A stretch of 21,606 bases of DNA, taken from positions 1 to 21,606 of the forward strand of contig JAWXBZ010000024.1 of the NCBI GenBank assembly GCA_034440375.1, written 5' to 3'. Position 1 is the first letter of the stretch. Each line of letters starts with the position of its first letter. Below the pieces are notes generated by a model. The model was given only the letters and a program-made list of their open reading frames with translations, ran no database searches and was not told the origin of the DNA. Source of the stretch: Candidatus Eiseniibacteriota bacterium. Its GTDB lineage: Bacteria; Eisenbacteria; RBG-16-71-46; JABDJR01; JAWXBZ01. Positions 1 through 8,416 of this stretch are shown piece by piece. The translations under genes were made by a program, and so were the position numbers.

Positions 1-2649
1 CATTCGTCCCGCCACGGACAGGATGTCAATTCGATTCCGACCGGGCAGACTTCGGGCAATCTCGATCCAGGTCGGGCCCCCGGAAGGGTTGGGCCCGACG
101 GCGAGGCGAAGGGCCGTGGGAGCCGCCGCCACCTTTGCCCGAATCGGCGCCGACGAGGTCAGGCGGCCATGCCGGTCGATGGCGTCGATCCGATACCATG
201 GAGTTGCTTCGGATGGGTGACGGTCGCGGTAATCGTGCCAATCGCCAATTATCTCAATCGGGCCGTTCAGGTGATCCCAGTGACCGGATGACGTAGCGGC
301 GCGCGCCACCCGGAAACCGGCGTGGTCGGCATCCGCTGCGGCCCGCCAGCGCAAACGAATTGCACCCTCGTCCAGTACGGCAGCCAGCTCAAGCCAGGTG
401 ACGGCTGTCGCGGGCAATCGGGCCGCGAATATTTCGCGGCTGCCGTCAGGGTTCAGCGTGTCAACACCGGTCATCAGGAACGCCACGGTCTGGCCATTGG
501 CCGAGAGAGCCGGGATCGCCGACGGCAATGATTGGGAGTGATCGAGGAGGCCGTCGGTCGAGGGCGGCGCGCCGCGGTCAATCCGGTAGATGTCTCCCGA
601 GTGAAAGCCGGATCCGCTGCCGAGTGAAACGAACGACACCCGTGATCCGTCCAGACTCACCGAGGGGTAGCCGGCGGCGACGCCCGGCAACGACATGACC
701 GTGTCGACCTCCCCGCCGGCCCAGGAGAGAAGGACGATCTGGCCGGCCGCGTCGGCTGCGGCGAACCAGGCACCGTCGCCGGAGAAGCCCAGGCCCTGTG
801 CCTGGATGCCGCCGGGTACATTGATGGCGCGCAACAGCGTTCCGTCGGTAGCCGCCGCAAAAATGCGAATGGCATGCGAGGGATTGCGCCCGTCCATTGA
901 TGCATTCGAGAGGAGGGCGACGCGCGTCCCATCGTGACTGAAGTAGAGGGCGTCGATCGCCCGGTCCGAGGTGGGGGTGAGGAGCTGGAAAACGCCGGTC
1001 GCCTCCCGCCAGAAGGCGACGCGCCCCTGTCCCATGCTGGCGCCGGAAAGGAGGTCGGCCGTCGAGAGGAAAATCATCCGGCGTCCGTCCGTGCTCATCC
1101 GCGGGCAACGATTGGCGCCGTCGACGGTGTCGGTGATCTGAGTGAGATCAGTGCCGTCGAAACGGATGCGAAAAATTTCCTCGTTGCCATCGGAATTCGA
1201 GCCTGGCAACAGGTCGGCATCACTGGAAAAGGCGACCCACTGACCGTCCGGGCTGACAGCAGGCTCACGACAGAATTCGGGTGCCTGCGTCGTGCTCAAT
1301 CGGACAAGACCGGCACCATTGGCGTTGATGCCCCAGATTTCCCCGCTACCGTCAGGGTTGCCGCCATCCAGGTTTCCGGTGGCCGAGAAGACAATCCGCA
1401 GGCCGTCGGCCGCCACATCCGGATCGTCAGCGGTGGCCCCCGCGTACCGGCTGTGTTGTCGGAGATCCTGGCCCGACGGAGTTGCCGAAAAGATCTCGAT
1501 CGAGCCGTCACCATTGTCACCGACCGAATCGTGATCGGCGACGAAAACGATCCGGGACCCGTCGATGGCCATGACCGGCTGCCAGCCGCTGGCGAGGCGC
1601 CGGATCGGCGGCCCTGATCCCAGGACGTAGACGCGACGGGTGCCGGTTGGTTCACCGATTTGCAGCGGGGCGGCCGACTCGAACGTCACCAGGTTGCCTC
1701 CCGAATCGGTGCCGGGATGAACGGCACCGCTGTTGGTGGCCTGGGTCAGTTGCTGCAAGGTTCCGCCGTCGATGTCCGCCCGAAATATCTGCGGCGTCCG
1801 TCCACCGCCGAAACCGAGGTACTCGGCATCCGAACTCATGATGATCCGCTGACCAATCAGCGAGAAGACGCCTTCGATTTCGTCTGCACCCACCGGTGGT
1901 CCGACCGGCTCCGCCTGCCCGGTTGCCACCGTAAGGATGAAGGGGCGAAGGGCGCGCTGCCCCCCCATGTCGGGGTCCCGGGCAACGAAGGCCACCAGGG
2001 CGTTATCGGCCGAGATACCCATGAGCTCCGCCTCGCGGGATGGGTGAAAACCCGGGTCCGAGCGCCGGGTGATCAAGCCGGCATTGTCCACGTGATAGAA
2101 GACGCGTCGGCCGCCGTTCAGGTTCAGTCCCTCGTTCAGAAGGTCGCTGCCAACCGCAAACCAGGCGCCGCCCCCTCCGATCGGGATGGCGCGGGCGATC
2201 GCATCGCCTGCAATCCCTCCGCGATCCGTGAGACGCAGGACGGGACCGCCGGCCGCGGGGGCACGGAAGAGTTCCCGAATCGGAGGAGTGCCGATCTCCG
2301 CCGTGAAGTAAATCGCCTGGCCATCGATCGTGAAGGCCGGAGATTCCGGACGTGCCATGTAATCGGTCGAGATCTGGACACGATTGGATCCACTCAAGTC
2401 CTCGGCGAACAGGCGCGCCCGTCCGGTCGGATTCATGCCGACGGGATCAAAGCCATGGACATACGCGATGCGTGTCCCGTTGGCATTGACCGCCGGGTGT
2501 CCCAGCCGGGATACCTCGGTCGCCGGAATGGACACGCCGGGAGAGAGCGCTACCAGTTCCGGCCGGGCGAAGACCTCGGGCGCCCCGCCCAGGAGCAGGG
2601 CGAGCGTGACCAGCCCGCGCGCGGTCAGCTGATCCGTCGCGAGATGCAC
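1..2649 (-). CDS. Secreted TolB-like/PD40 beta-propeller repeat protein with a FN3-like domain and a C-terminal FlgD-Ig/T9SS-type-A-like domain; 3' end truncated by the window edge
   Basis: Manual translation gives a stop-free minus frame from GTG 2649 to base 1 (883 codons), absent from the ORF track. N-terminus MHLATDQLTARGLVTLALLLGGAPEVFA is signal-peptide-like. PD40-like repeats: PAVSPDGQWVAFSSD, PDVAADGLRIVFSA, NPDGSGEIW, NSDGNEEIF, NPDGSREIF. Then IRLRW..GFRVAR..WYRIDAIDRHG and VGPNPSGGPTWIE..RIDILSVAGRM. The start overlaps the pruA stop region and is approximate. Confidence 0.88.
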   Translation of the reverse strand, partial: MHLATDQLTARGLVTLALLLGGAPEVFARPELVALSPGVSIPATEVSRLGHPAVNANGTRIAYVHGFDPVGMNPTGRARLFAEDLSGSNRVQISTDYMARPESPAFTIDGQAIYFTAEIGTPPIRELFRAPAAGGPVLRLTDRGGIAGDAIARAIPIGGGGAWFAVGSDLLNEGLNLNGGRRVFYHVDNAGLITRRSDPGFHPSREAELMGISADNALVAFVARDPDMGGQRALRPFILTVATGQAEPVGPPVGADEIEGVFSLIGQRIIMSSDAEYLGFGGGRTPQIFRADIDGGTLQQLTQATNSGAVHPGTDSGGNLVTFESAAPLQIGEPTGTRRVYVLGSGPPIRRLASGWQPVMAIDGSRIVFVADHDSVGDNGDGSIEIFSATPSGQDLRQHSRYAGATADDPDVAADGLRIVFSATGNLDGGNPDGSGEIWGINANGAGLVRLSTTQAPEFCREPAVSPDGQWVAFSSDADLLPGSNSDGNEEIFRIRFDGTDLTQITDTVDGANRCPRMSTDGRRMIFLSTADLLSGASMGQGRVAFWREATGVFQLLTPTSDRAIDALYFSHDGTRVALLSNASMDGRNPSHAIRIFAAATDGTLLRAINVPGGIQAQGLGFSGDGAWFAAADAAGQIVLLSWAGGEVDTVMSLPGVAAGYPSVSLDGSRVSFVSLGSGSGFHSGDIYRIDRGAPPSTDGLLDHSQSLPSAIPALSANGQTVAFLMTGVDTLNPDGSREIFAARLPATAVTWLELAAVLDEGAIRLRWRAAADADHAGFRVARAATSSGHWDHLNGPIEIIGDWHDYRDRHPSEATPWYRIDAIDRHGRLTSSAPIRAKVAAAPTALRLAVGPNPSGGPTWIEIARSLPGRNRIDILSVAGRM

Positions 2650-4175
2650 TTGGCCTGCAGGAATAGGAGCAGGTAGTCCCGCCCGCCGGCTTTCGAGTCG
2701 GTGCCGCTCATGTTGAAACCGCCGAAGGGATGCACGCCAACCAGCGCCCCCGTGCACTTCCGGTTGAGGTACAGATTGCCGACGTGGAATTCGTCCCGCG
2801 CCCGGGCCAGCTTCGCCTCGTCGTCGGAGAAGATGGCGCCGGTGAGACCGAATTCCGTATTGTTGGCGATGCCGAGCGCATCCTCGAAATCACGCGCCCG
2901 GATAATGGCGAGGACCGGTCCGAAGATCTCCTCGAGCGAGATCCGGGCCCGCGGCGCCACATCCGCGATGACGGTCGGCTGGATGAAAAAACCGTCGGCG
3001 TCGCTTCCCGTTCCGCCGGCCAGGAGCTTTCCTTCACCCTTGCCGATCTCGATGTATTGCATGATCGATCGATAGGCATTGGCACTGGCCACGGGCCCCA
3101 CGTTGTTGCCGGGATCATCCGTGGGGCCGACCGACAGTGCCGCCACGTTCGGCAGCAGCTTTTCGATGAACCGGTCATAGACGGCATCGTCCACGATAAC
3201 CCGGCTGCAGGCCGAGCATTTCTGCCCCTGGAACCCGAAGGCGGCGGCCGACACCGCGGCGGCCGCGACGTCAAGATTGGTTTCTCGGTCGATGATCATG
3301 CCGTCCTTGCCGCCCATCTCGGCCACCACCCGCTTGATCCATATCTGGCCGGGTTGTGTTTCGGCGGCCTGCCGGTTGATGTGAAGGCCGGTTTCCTTCG
3401 AACCGGTGAACGTGATGAACCGGACCCGGGGATGGGTCACGAGCGCGTTGCCGACCGATCCACCCGAGCCGGTGACGAAGTTGAGCACCCCGGGCGGCAG
3501 GCCAACCTGCTCCATGACCTCGAAGAACATCCAGGCCACCCACGGCGTGTCGCTGGAAGGCTTCAGGACCACGGTATTTCCGGCCACGATGGCCGCCGTC
3601 GACATGCCGACCATGATCGCCAGTGGAAAATTCCAGGGCGGAATGACCACGCCCACACCCAGAGGCACGTACACGAGTTCGTTCTTCTCACCGGGAACAC
3701 GGGTCAGCGGCTGGTCGCCGGCATAACGGATCATCTCCCGCGCATAGAACTCCATGAAGTCGATCGCCTCGGCCGTGTCCGCATCCGCCTCGGCCCACGA
3801 CTTGCCGACCTCGTACACCATGGCCGCGGAGAACTCGTGCTTTCGCTCACGCAGAATCCGCGCGGCCTCAAAGAGGTACCCGGCCCGCGTGTCGGCCCGC
3901 ACCTTCGACCAGGTGGCAAAGGCGGTTTCCGCGACGAGGACGGCCTTGGCCGCCAGTTCCGGCGTGGCGGCCTGGAATGTGCCGAGCACCTCGGTTTTTC
4001 GTGCCGGATTGATCGACCGAATCTTGTCGGGAAGGATGAAGCGCTCACCGCCAATGACCAGCGGATGTTCCATCCCCTTCTTCGCGGCAATGACACTCAG
4101 GGCACCCTCGAACGCGGTCTTGTTCTGTGCCTGCGTAAAGTCGGTGAACGGTTCATTCTGGAATTCGGGGCGCAT
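2625..4175 (-). CDS. pruA: 1-pyrroline-5-carboxylate (L-glutamate gamma-semialdehyde) dehydrogenase, RocA/PruA type
   Basis: Motifs FQNEPFTDF, PWNFPLAI, FTGS, AEMGGKD, catalytic GQKCSACSR, EEIFGP, PFGGFNMSGTDSKAGGRDYL. Start moved to ATG 4175, which has GGAGG upstream. Confidence 0.95.
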   Translation of the reverse strand: MRPEFQNEPFTDFTQAQNKTAFEGALSVIAAKKGMEHPLVIGGERFILPDKIRSINPARKTEVLGTFQAATPELAAKAVLVAETAFATWSKVRADTRAGYLFEAARILRERKHEFSAAMVYEVGKSWAEADADTAEAIDFMEFYAREMIRYAGDQPLTRVPGEKNELVYVPLGVGVVIPPWNFPLAIMVGMSTAAIVAGNTVVLKPSSDTPWVAWMFFEVMEQVGLPPGVLNFVTGSGGSVGNALVTHPRVRFITFTGSKETGLHINRQAAETQPGQIWIKRVVAEMGGKDGMIIDRETNLDVAAAAVSAAAFGFQGQKCSACSRVIVDDAVYDRFIEKLLPNVAALSVGPTDDPGNNVGPVASANAYRSIMQYIEIGKGEGKLLAGGTGSDADGFFIQPTVIADVAPRARISLEEIFGPVLAIIRARDFEDALGIANNTEFGLTGAIFSDDEAKLARARDEFHVGNLYLNRKCTGALVGVHPFGGFNMSGTDSKAGGRDYLLLFLQAKCISRRIS

Positions 4176-4223
4176 GGTGAAGCGTGCCTCCGGAAAGGGT
4201 TTGCACAAAGTCGGGCGGCTTGA

Positions 4224-4252
4224 ATTGTAGAACACCACCGGCCGATTCCCAA
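4224..4252 (-). promoter_or_regulatory. Possible sigma70 promoter for pruA (TTGGGA-17-TACAAT)
   Basis: Good -10 and weak -35 at 17-nt spacing in the icd-pruA gap; pattern match only. Confidence 0.3.
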
Positions 4253-4268
4253 TCGGTCGGCGAGTCTT

Positions 4269-5294
4269 TCAGGATTGTTTGAGGCGCGACGCGAGGGCCT
4301 CCACGAATTCGGCTGTCGTGGCCGGGTGGTTCGTCTCGAGATCGGCGGTCAGTCGGTCACGGGCGGCGAACGTGGCCGCCACGGCGGCCCGGATCTTCGC
4401 CGCCGCGTCCTCTTCACCAAGATGGTCGAGCATCAGGCAGGCCGACAGAATGAGCGAGGTGGGGTTTGCAATCCCCTTGCCGGCAATGTCCGGCGCCGAC
4501 CCGTGCACCGCCTCGAATACCGCAGACGTCGCGCCGATGTTGGCGGAAGGCGCGATGCCGAGGCCCCCGGTCAGACCCGCGGTCAGATCAGACAGGATGT
4601 CGCCGAAAAGATTCGTGGTGACGATCACATCAAACTGCCGCGGGTCGCGTACCAGCTGCAGGCACATGTTGTCGATGATCCGATCGTCAAAGGCAATGTC
4701 GGGATACTGCGCCGCAATGGTCCTGGCCGTTTCCAGAAACATCCCGTTGGTCAGCTTGAGGATGTTGGCTTTGTGCACCGCCGTAACCCGGCGCCGCCCG
4801 TTCTTTCTGGCATGCTCGAATGCGAAACGGCAGATTCGTTCCAGTGCCGGCCTGGTGAATACGCCGATAACTTCGGCCGCGTCCTTTTTCCGACCGACCC
4901 AGTGCTCGACGCCCGAATAGAGCCCCTCGGTGTTTTCGCGCACGACGACGAGGTCGGTGTCCGGCCAGTGTCCTGGAATTCCCTCCCAGTTCCTGGCGGG
5001 GCGGAGATTGGCATAGAGGTCGAATTCCTGTCGGATGGCCACGTTGACGCTGCGGAACCCGCCGCCGACCGGTGTTGTCAGCGGGCCCTTCAAGGCGATG
5101 CGACACTCCCGGATCGCCTCCAGGGTTTCGTCGGGAATCGGGTTCCCGACGGCATCGACGGCGGCGACGCCCGCCAGCCGCCGGACCCATTCGATCGAGA
5201 CGCCTGTCAGCGAGATTACCTGTAATGTGGCCGCCGCGATTTCAGGGCCGATACCATCGCCGGGGATGAGAACGACGCGGTGAGACTGGGGCAT
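4269..5294 (-). CDS. icd: Isocitrate/isopropylmalate dehydrogenase family protein, probably NAD-dependent isocitrate dehydrogenase
   Basis: IPGDGIGPEI, TPVGGGFRSVNVAIR (Ser/Asn isocitrate-type motif), RENTEGLY, HKANILK, NLFGDILSD, HGSAPDIAGKGIANP (Asp-Ile, NAD-type). ATG 5294 is preceded by AGGAG. Confidence 0.85.
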   Translation of the reverse strand: MPQSHRVVLIPGDGIGPEIAAATLQVISLTGVSIEWVRRLAGVAAVDAVGNPIPDETLEAIRECRIALKGPLTTPVGGGFRSVNVAIRQEFDLYANLRPARNWEGIPGHWPDTDLVVVRENTEGLYSGVEHWVGRKKDAAEVIGVFTRPALERICRFAFEHARKNGRRRVTAVHKANILKLTNGMFLETARTIAAQYPDIAFDDRIIDNMCLQLVRDPRQFDVIVTTNLFGDILSDLTAGLTGGLGIAPSANIGATSAVFEAVHGSAPDIAGKGIANPTSLILSACLMLDHLGEEDAAAKIRAAVAATFAARDRLTADLETNHPATTAEFVEALASRLKQS

Positions 5295-5497
5295 GGGGCG
5301 CAAATTCTCCTGAGCCGGGTATGACCAAAGGGGATGGATGATACGGCCTCGGGTGCCGACCACCAAATGCAGTTTTGACCCCCCTGTCCCCCTGTCAATT
5401 GGCCCTCAAACCGACCCGGGGGCCACGAGCAACTTATGTGTCGATTTTGACACGGTGGTGGTGATTCGACACAGCCCAACGGCGGCAGGCAAATTGG

Positions 5498-5526
5498 TTG
5501 ATCGTTGCCCGGTAATAAGTTAGGAT
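5498..5526 (+). promoter_or_regulatory. Possible sigma70 promoter for the lipoprotein/L,D-transpeptidase operon (TTGATC-17-TAGGAT)
   Basis: Hexamers at 5498-5503 and 5521-5526 with a 17-nt spacer in an AT-richer patch; pattern match only. Confidence 0.35.
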
Positions 5527-5603
5527 GGCGAGGTAGCTGGCACGAATCCTGTTTCTCTCATCACATTGCGCGCGGGCATTTCCGCGGCACGATGTTGATG
5601 ACA

Positions 5604-5646
5604 GCGGGCCTCGACGAGTCGGAATCTCCGGCATCGACGGGTCCGC
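5604..5646 (+). other. 5'-UTR stem-loop immediately before the lipoprotein Shine-Dalgarno
   Basis: GCGGGCC-TCGA..GTCGGA-atc-TCCGGC..TCGA-C-GGGTCCGC folds as an interrupted hairpin; SD AAAGGAG follows at 5651-5657. Confidence 0.45.
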
Positions 5647-5667
5647 CATGAAAGGAGAACAGACCCA

Positions 5668-6282
5668 ATGAAGTTCAATCGGACGAACGCCCTCCTGGCC
5701 ACCGCCCTGCTTGCCACGACGCTGATGGTAACTGCTTGTGCCAAGGTGCCCCAGGATCAGCTGACCGCTGCCCAGGCCGCCCTCGACAATGCGCGGACGG
5801 CCGAGGCCGAGAGGTACGCGCCGGAAGTTTGGCGCGCCGCCAGCGACTCGCTGGCCGCTGCCAATGCCGAGATCCAGGCCCAGGCCAGCAAGTTCGCCCT
5901 TTTCCGCAAGTATGACCGCACCAATGCCCTGATCGCGGCCTCCTCGACGGCGGCCGCCAAGGCTTCTCAGGATGCTGTCGTGAACAAGGAAGCCGCCAAG
6001 AATGCGGCCAACGAAGCCCTGGCGACGGCCGTTGCCATGGTCGACAGTGCCAAGGTCGTCCTGGCCTCCGCCCCGGTCGGCAAGGACAACCGCGCCGACG
6101 TCGAGATGATGAAGGCCGACCTGACCGGTGCCGAAACCAATCTGGAGCAGGTTCGTACGGCCATCACCAACGCGGACTACTTCGGTGCCCGCTCACAGGC
6201 CGAAGCGATCACCGCGAAGTCAAACGAGATCATCAATTCGGTTGCGATGGCCAGGGAGAAGATGATGGGCGGTCGGAGGTAA
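5668..6282 (+). CDS. Ala-rich all-helical lipoprotein, DUF4398-like
   Basis: Signal peptide with lipobox VTA-C. AQAALDNARTAEAERYAP is DUF4398-like. Strong SD and strongly C/G-ending codon use. Confidence 0.88.
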   Translation: MKFNRTNALLATALLATTLMVTACAKVPQDQLTAAQAALDNARTAEAERYAPEVWRAASDSLAAANAEIQAQASKFALFRKYDRTNALIAASSTAAAKASQDAVVNKEAAKNAANEALATAVAMVDSAKVVLASAPVGKDNRADVEMMKADLTGAETNLEQVRTAITNADYFGARSQAEAITAKSNEIINSVAMAREKMMGGRR

Positions 6283-6358
6283 CGACTCCGGCGTTCGTCT
6301 TGAGGTGACACGCTGATCAGAAATTGGTTCAACCGCCAGAATCGGCGGGGAATATCCC

Positions 6359-6395
6359 GGAGCCGGCCCCCCTCACGTGAGAGGGGCCGGCTTCC
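6359..6395 (+). terminator. GC-rich hairpin after the lipoprotein gene (mRNA stabiliser or partial terminator)
   Basis: AGCCGGCCCC (6361-6370) pairs with GGGGCCGGCT (6383-6392) around CTC-ACGT-GAG; there is no long U tract. Confidence 0.55.
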
Positions 6396-6426
6396 GATTG
6401 CCTACCTCTGGGTCCCAGGGTCGCAG

Positions 6427-7542
6427 GTGCTGCAGCCGCGCCAGCCGCGCCGTCGCCGCTGGCCCTGGGTTTTCGGCACGATTCTCCTGATCGGAGGCAC
6501 CGTGACGGCGGTCGTTCGCGCCGATCGGCCGCCGACGCTCCTGATGGAGACGGCCCGAAAGGCCATTTCGACCACGCATGCCGTCGAAGCCGGCGAGTGG
6601 GCTCCCGATTATGTGAAGGCGGCACAGGAAACACTGCTGGCCGCCTCTCGCGAAATCGACAGGGAGAATGCCCGGTTCTTCGTGATACGCGACTATGACG
6701 CCGCGCGGACGGGGGCATTGGCGGCGGATCGGATCGCGCGCGAAACGATCGGAATCTCGATTGCCCGGCGCGATTCGGTTCAGAAGGTTGCGCTTGAGGG
6801 GATCAAGGAGGCGGGCACCATGCTGGCCGAAACCCGCGAGATGCTCGAGTACGTTCCGGTCGACCGGATAAGTCGCGGGAAGATGGTGCGGCTGGACCTG
6901 GCCCGGCAGCAGGCCAAAAGGGCTGCGGACGAGGGGCTCTACCGCAGGTCAATCGAGCTGACCGAGGAGGTCATTTCGGGCACCGAAGGGGTCAAGGTGG
7001 CCGTGACCATACTCCTCGACAAGTATCATGACCCGATCTGGAAGAAATGGGCTCGGGACACCATCGAATGGTCGCGACAGAATCGCAGCCACGCCATCAT
7101 CGTCCGCAAGCTCGAACACCGTTGCGACGTCTACTTCGCCGGTCAGCTCAAGACATCATTCCCGGCCGAGCTCGGACTGCGCTGGATGGGACAGAAGGTT
7201 CGTGCCGGAGATCATGTCACTCCCGAGGGACGATACCAGGTGATCAACAAGAAGAATGGCTCCCGCTACCACCGGGCCCTCGAGATCAACTACCCCAATT
7301 CCGAGGATGAGGTACGCTTCCGGCTGGGTAAGAAGACGGGCCACATTCCACGCCAGGCTTCCATCGGAGGCCTCATCGAGATTCACGGCAACGGCGGCAA
7401 GGGGAAGGATTGGACCCAGGGGTGCGTGGCCCTGACCAATGGAAACATGGACAAGCTCTTTGCGATGGCCAATGTCGGCACGCCGGTCACCATCGTCGGG
7501 TCCTACGACCCGGACGGAACCGGTTCGCTGTCCGCGCGGTAG
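6427..7542 (+). CDS. YkuD-family L,D-transpeptidase/amidase (YafK/LdtF/DpaA-like) with an N-terminal membrane anchor and a DUF4398-like helical domain
   Basis: K..AGDHVTPEGRY..SRYHRALEINYPN..D..GGLIEIHG..DWTQGCVAL, with catalytic His and Cys intact. RRRRWPWVFGTILLIGG anchor. Start uncertain (GTG 6427, or in-frame CTG 6313). Confidence 0.9.
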   Translation: MLQPRQPRRRRWPWVFGTILLIGGTVTAVVRADRPPTLLMETARKAISTTHAVEAGEWAPDYVKAAQETLLAASREIDRENARFFVIRDYDAARTGALAADRIARETIGISIARRDSVQKVALEGIKEAGTMLAETREMLEYVPVDRISRGKMVRLDLARQQAKRAADEGLYRRSIELTEEVISGTEGVKVAVTILLDKYHDPIWKKWARDTIEWSRQNRSHAIIVRKLEHRCDVYFAGQLKTSFPAELGLRWMGQKVRAGDHVTPEGRYQVINKKNGSRYHRALEINYPNSEDEVRFRLGKKTGHIPRQASIGGLIEIHGNGGKGKDWTQGCVALTNGNMDKLFAMANVGTPVTIVGSYDPDGTGSLSAR

Positions 7543-7573
7543 GTCGGGCCCGGAGCGGAGGGGAAATTAGATC

Positions 7574-8416
7574 ATGAACAGCCGGGCTGGTTATACGATC
7601 GAGGGAGTCGGAACAGCGACGCGCCCACGCCGGCCCGCGTCCCGGGGCATGCGCTGGCCAATACTGTTTCTCGGGGCGGTCGCGGTACTGGTTATCGGCC
7701 TCAATGTCTATCTCTGGATGGCCGGATCCAGCCGGGCCACGGCCGCCGTCAAGCAGATCGAGAAAGACGCGGTCGTCTGGCGCGAGAACTGGATTGCCCG
7801 CGACGCTACGGCCGCTCCCGCCAAGGGCAAGAAGGGGAGCAAGGGGAAGAACTCGAAGTCGTCCAGGACTCCGGGCGCCCTGGCCGTCGGGCCACTTCCC
7901 GCCGGCGACTCGCCACTGGCCGAGCTCGAGGGCCAGAGCCGGGATCTCGAATCCAGGCTCGCCACGTTTCAGCCGGAAGGCATATTCATCGTTATCGACA
8001 CGGCCAACAACCGGCTGTTGATGCGCGATGGCGTCGACACGCTGCTCAATGTAAGTTGCTCAACCGGCTCCTACGCCAGGCTCGAGGCCGAGGACGGCCG
8101 GAGCTGGTTCTTCCACACGCCCCGGGGCCAGTTCAAGGTCCGGAACAAGAAGGAAAAGCCGGTCTGGGTGAAGCCGGATTGGGCCTTTGTCGAGGACAAG
8201 GAACCGATCCCGGGGGCGCGCGCGAACGAGCGCTTCGAACCCTACGTGATGGGTGACTACGCGCTGGGTTTCGGGAATGGTTACTACATCCACGGAACCC
8301 TTTACGATCGATTGATCGGACAGAGCGTCACCCACGGCTGCGTGCGCCTGCGAGATGCCCCACTCGAGCAGGTCTACCGCACGGCTCCGATCGGGACGCC
8401 GATCTTCATCTATTGA
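7574..8416 (+). CDS. YkuD-family L,D-transpeptidase (ErfK/YbiS/YcfS-like), membrane-anchored
   Basis: IVIDTANNRL, TPRGQFKV, PVWVKPDW, MGDYAL, YIHGT..IGQSVTHGCVRL..IGTPIFIY; N-terminal transmembrane helix. Confidence 0.93.
   Translation: MNSRAGYTIEGVGTATRPRRPASRGMRWPILFLGAVAVLVIGLNVYLWMAGSSRATAAVKQIEKDAVVWRENWIARDATAAPAKGKKGSKGKNSKSSRTPGALAVGPLPAGDSPLAELEGQSRDLESRLATFQPEGIFIVIDTANNRLLMRDGVDTLLNVSCSTGSYARLEAEDGRSWFFHTPRGQFKVRNKKEKPVWVKPDWAFVEDKEPIPGARANERFEPYVMGDYALGFGNGYYIHGTLYDRLIGQSVTHGCVRLRDAPLEQVYRTAPIGTPIFIY

Noticed and set aside
934-2676. Plus-strand ORFs 934-1617 and 1660-2676
   Set aside because: Codon-aligned antisense shadows of the real minus-strand propeller gene; no recognisable motifs.
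2730-5225. Long plus-strand ORFs 2730-4223 and 4275-5225
   Set aside because: Antisense shadows of pruA and icd, expected in high-GC DNA.
5538-5600. Two GGCACGA motifs resembling sigma54 -24 boxes
   Set aside because: Neither has the required GC at -12 (GG-N10-GT and GG-N10-AT).
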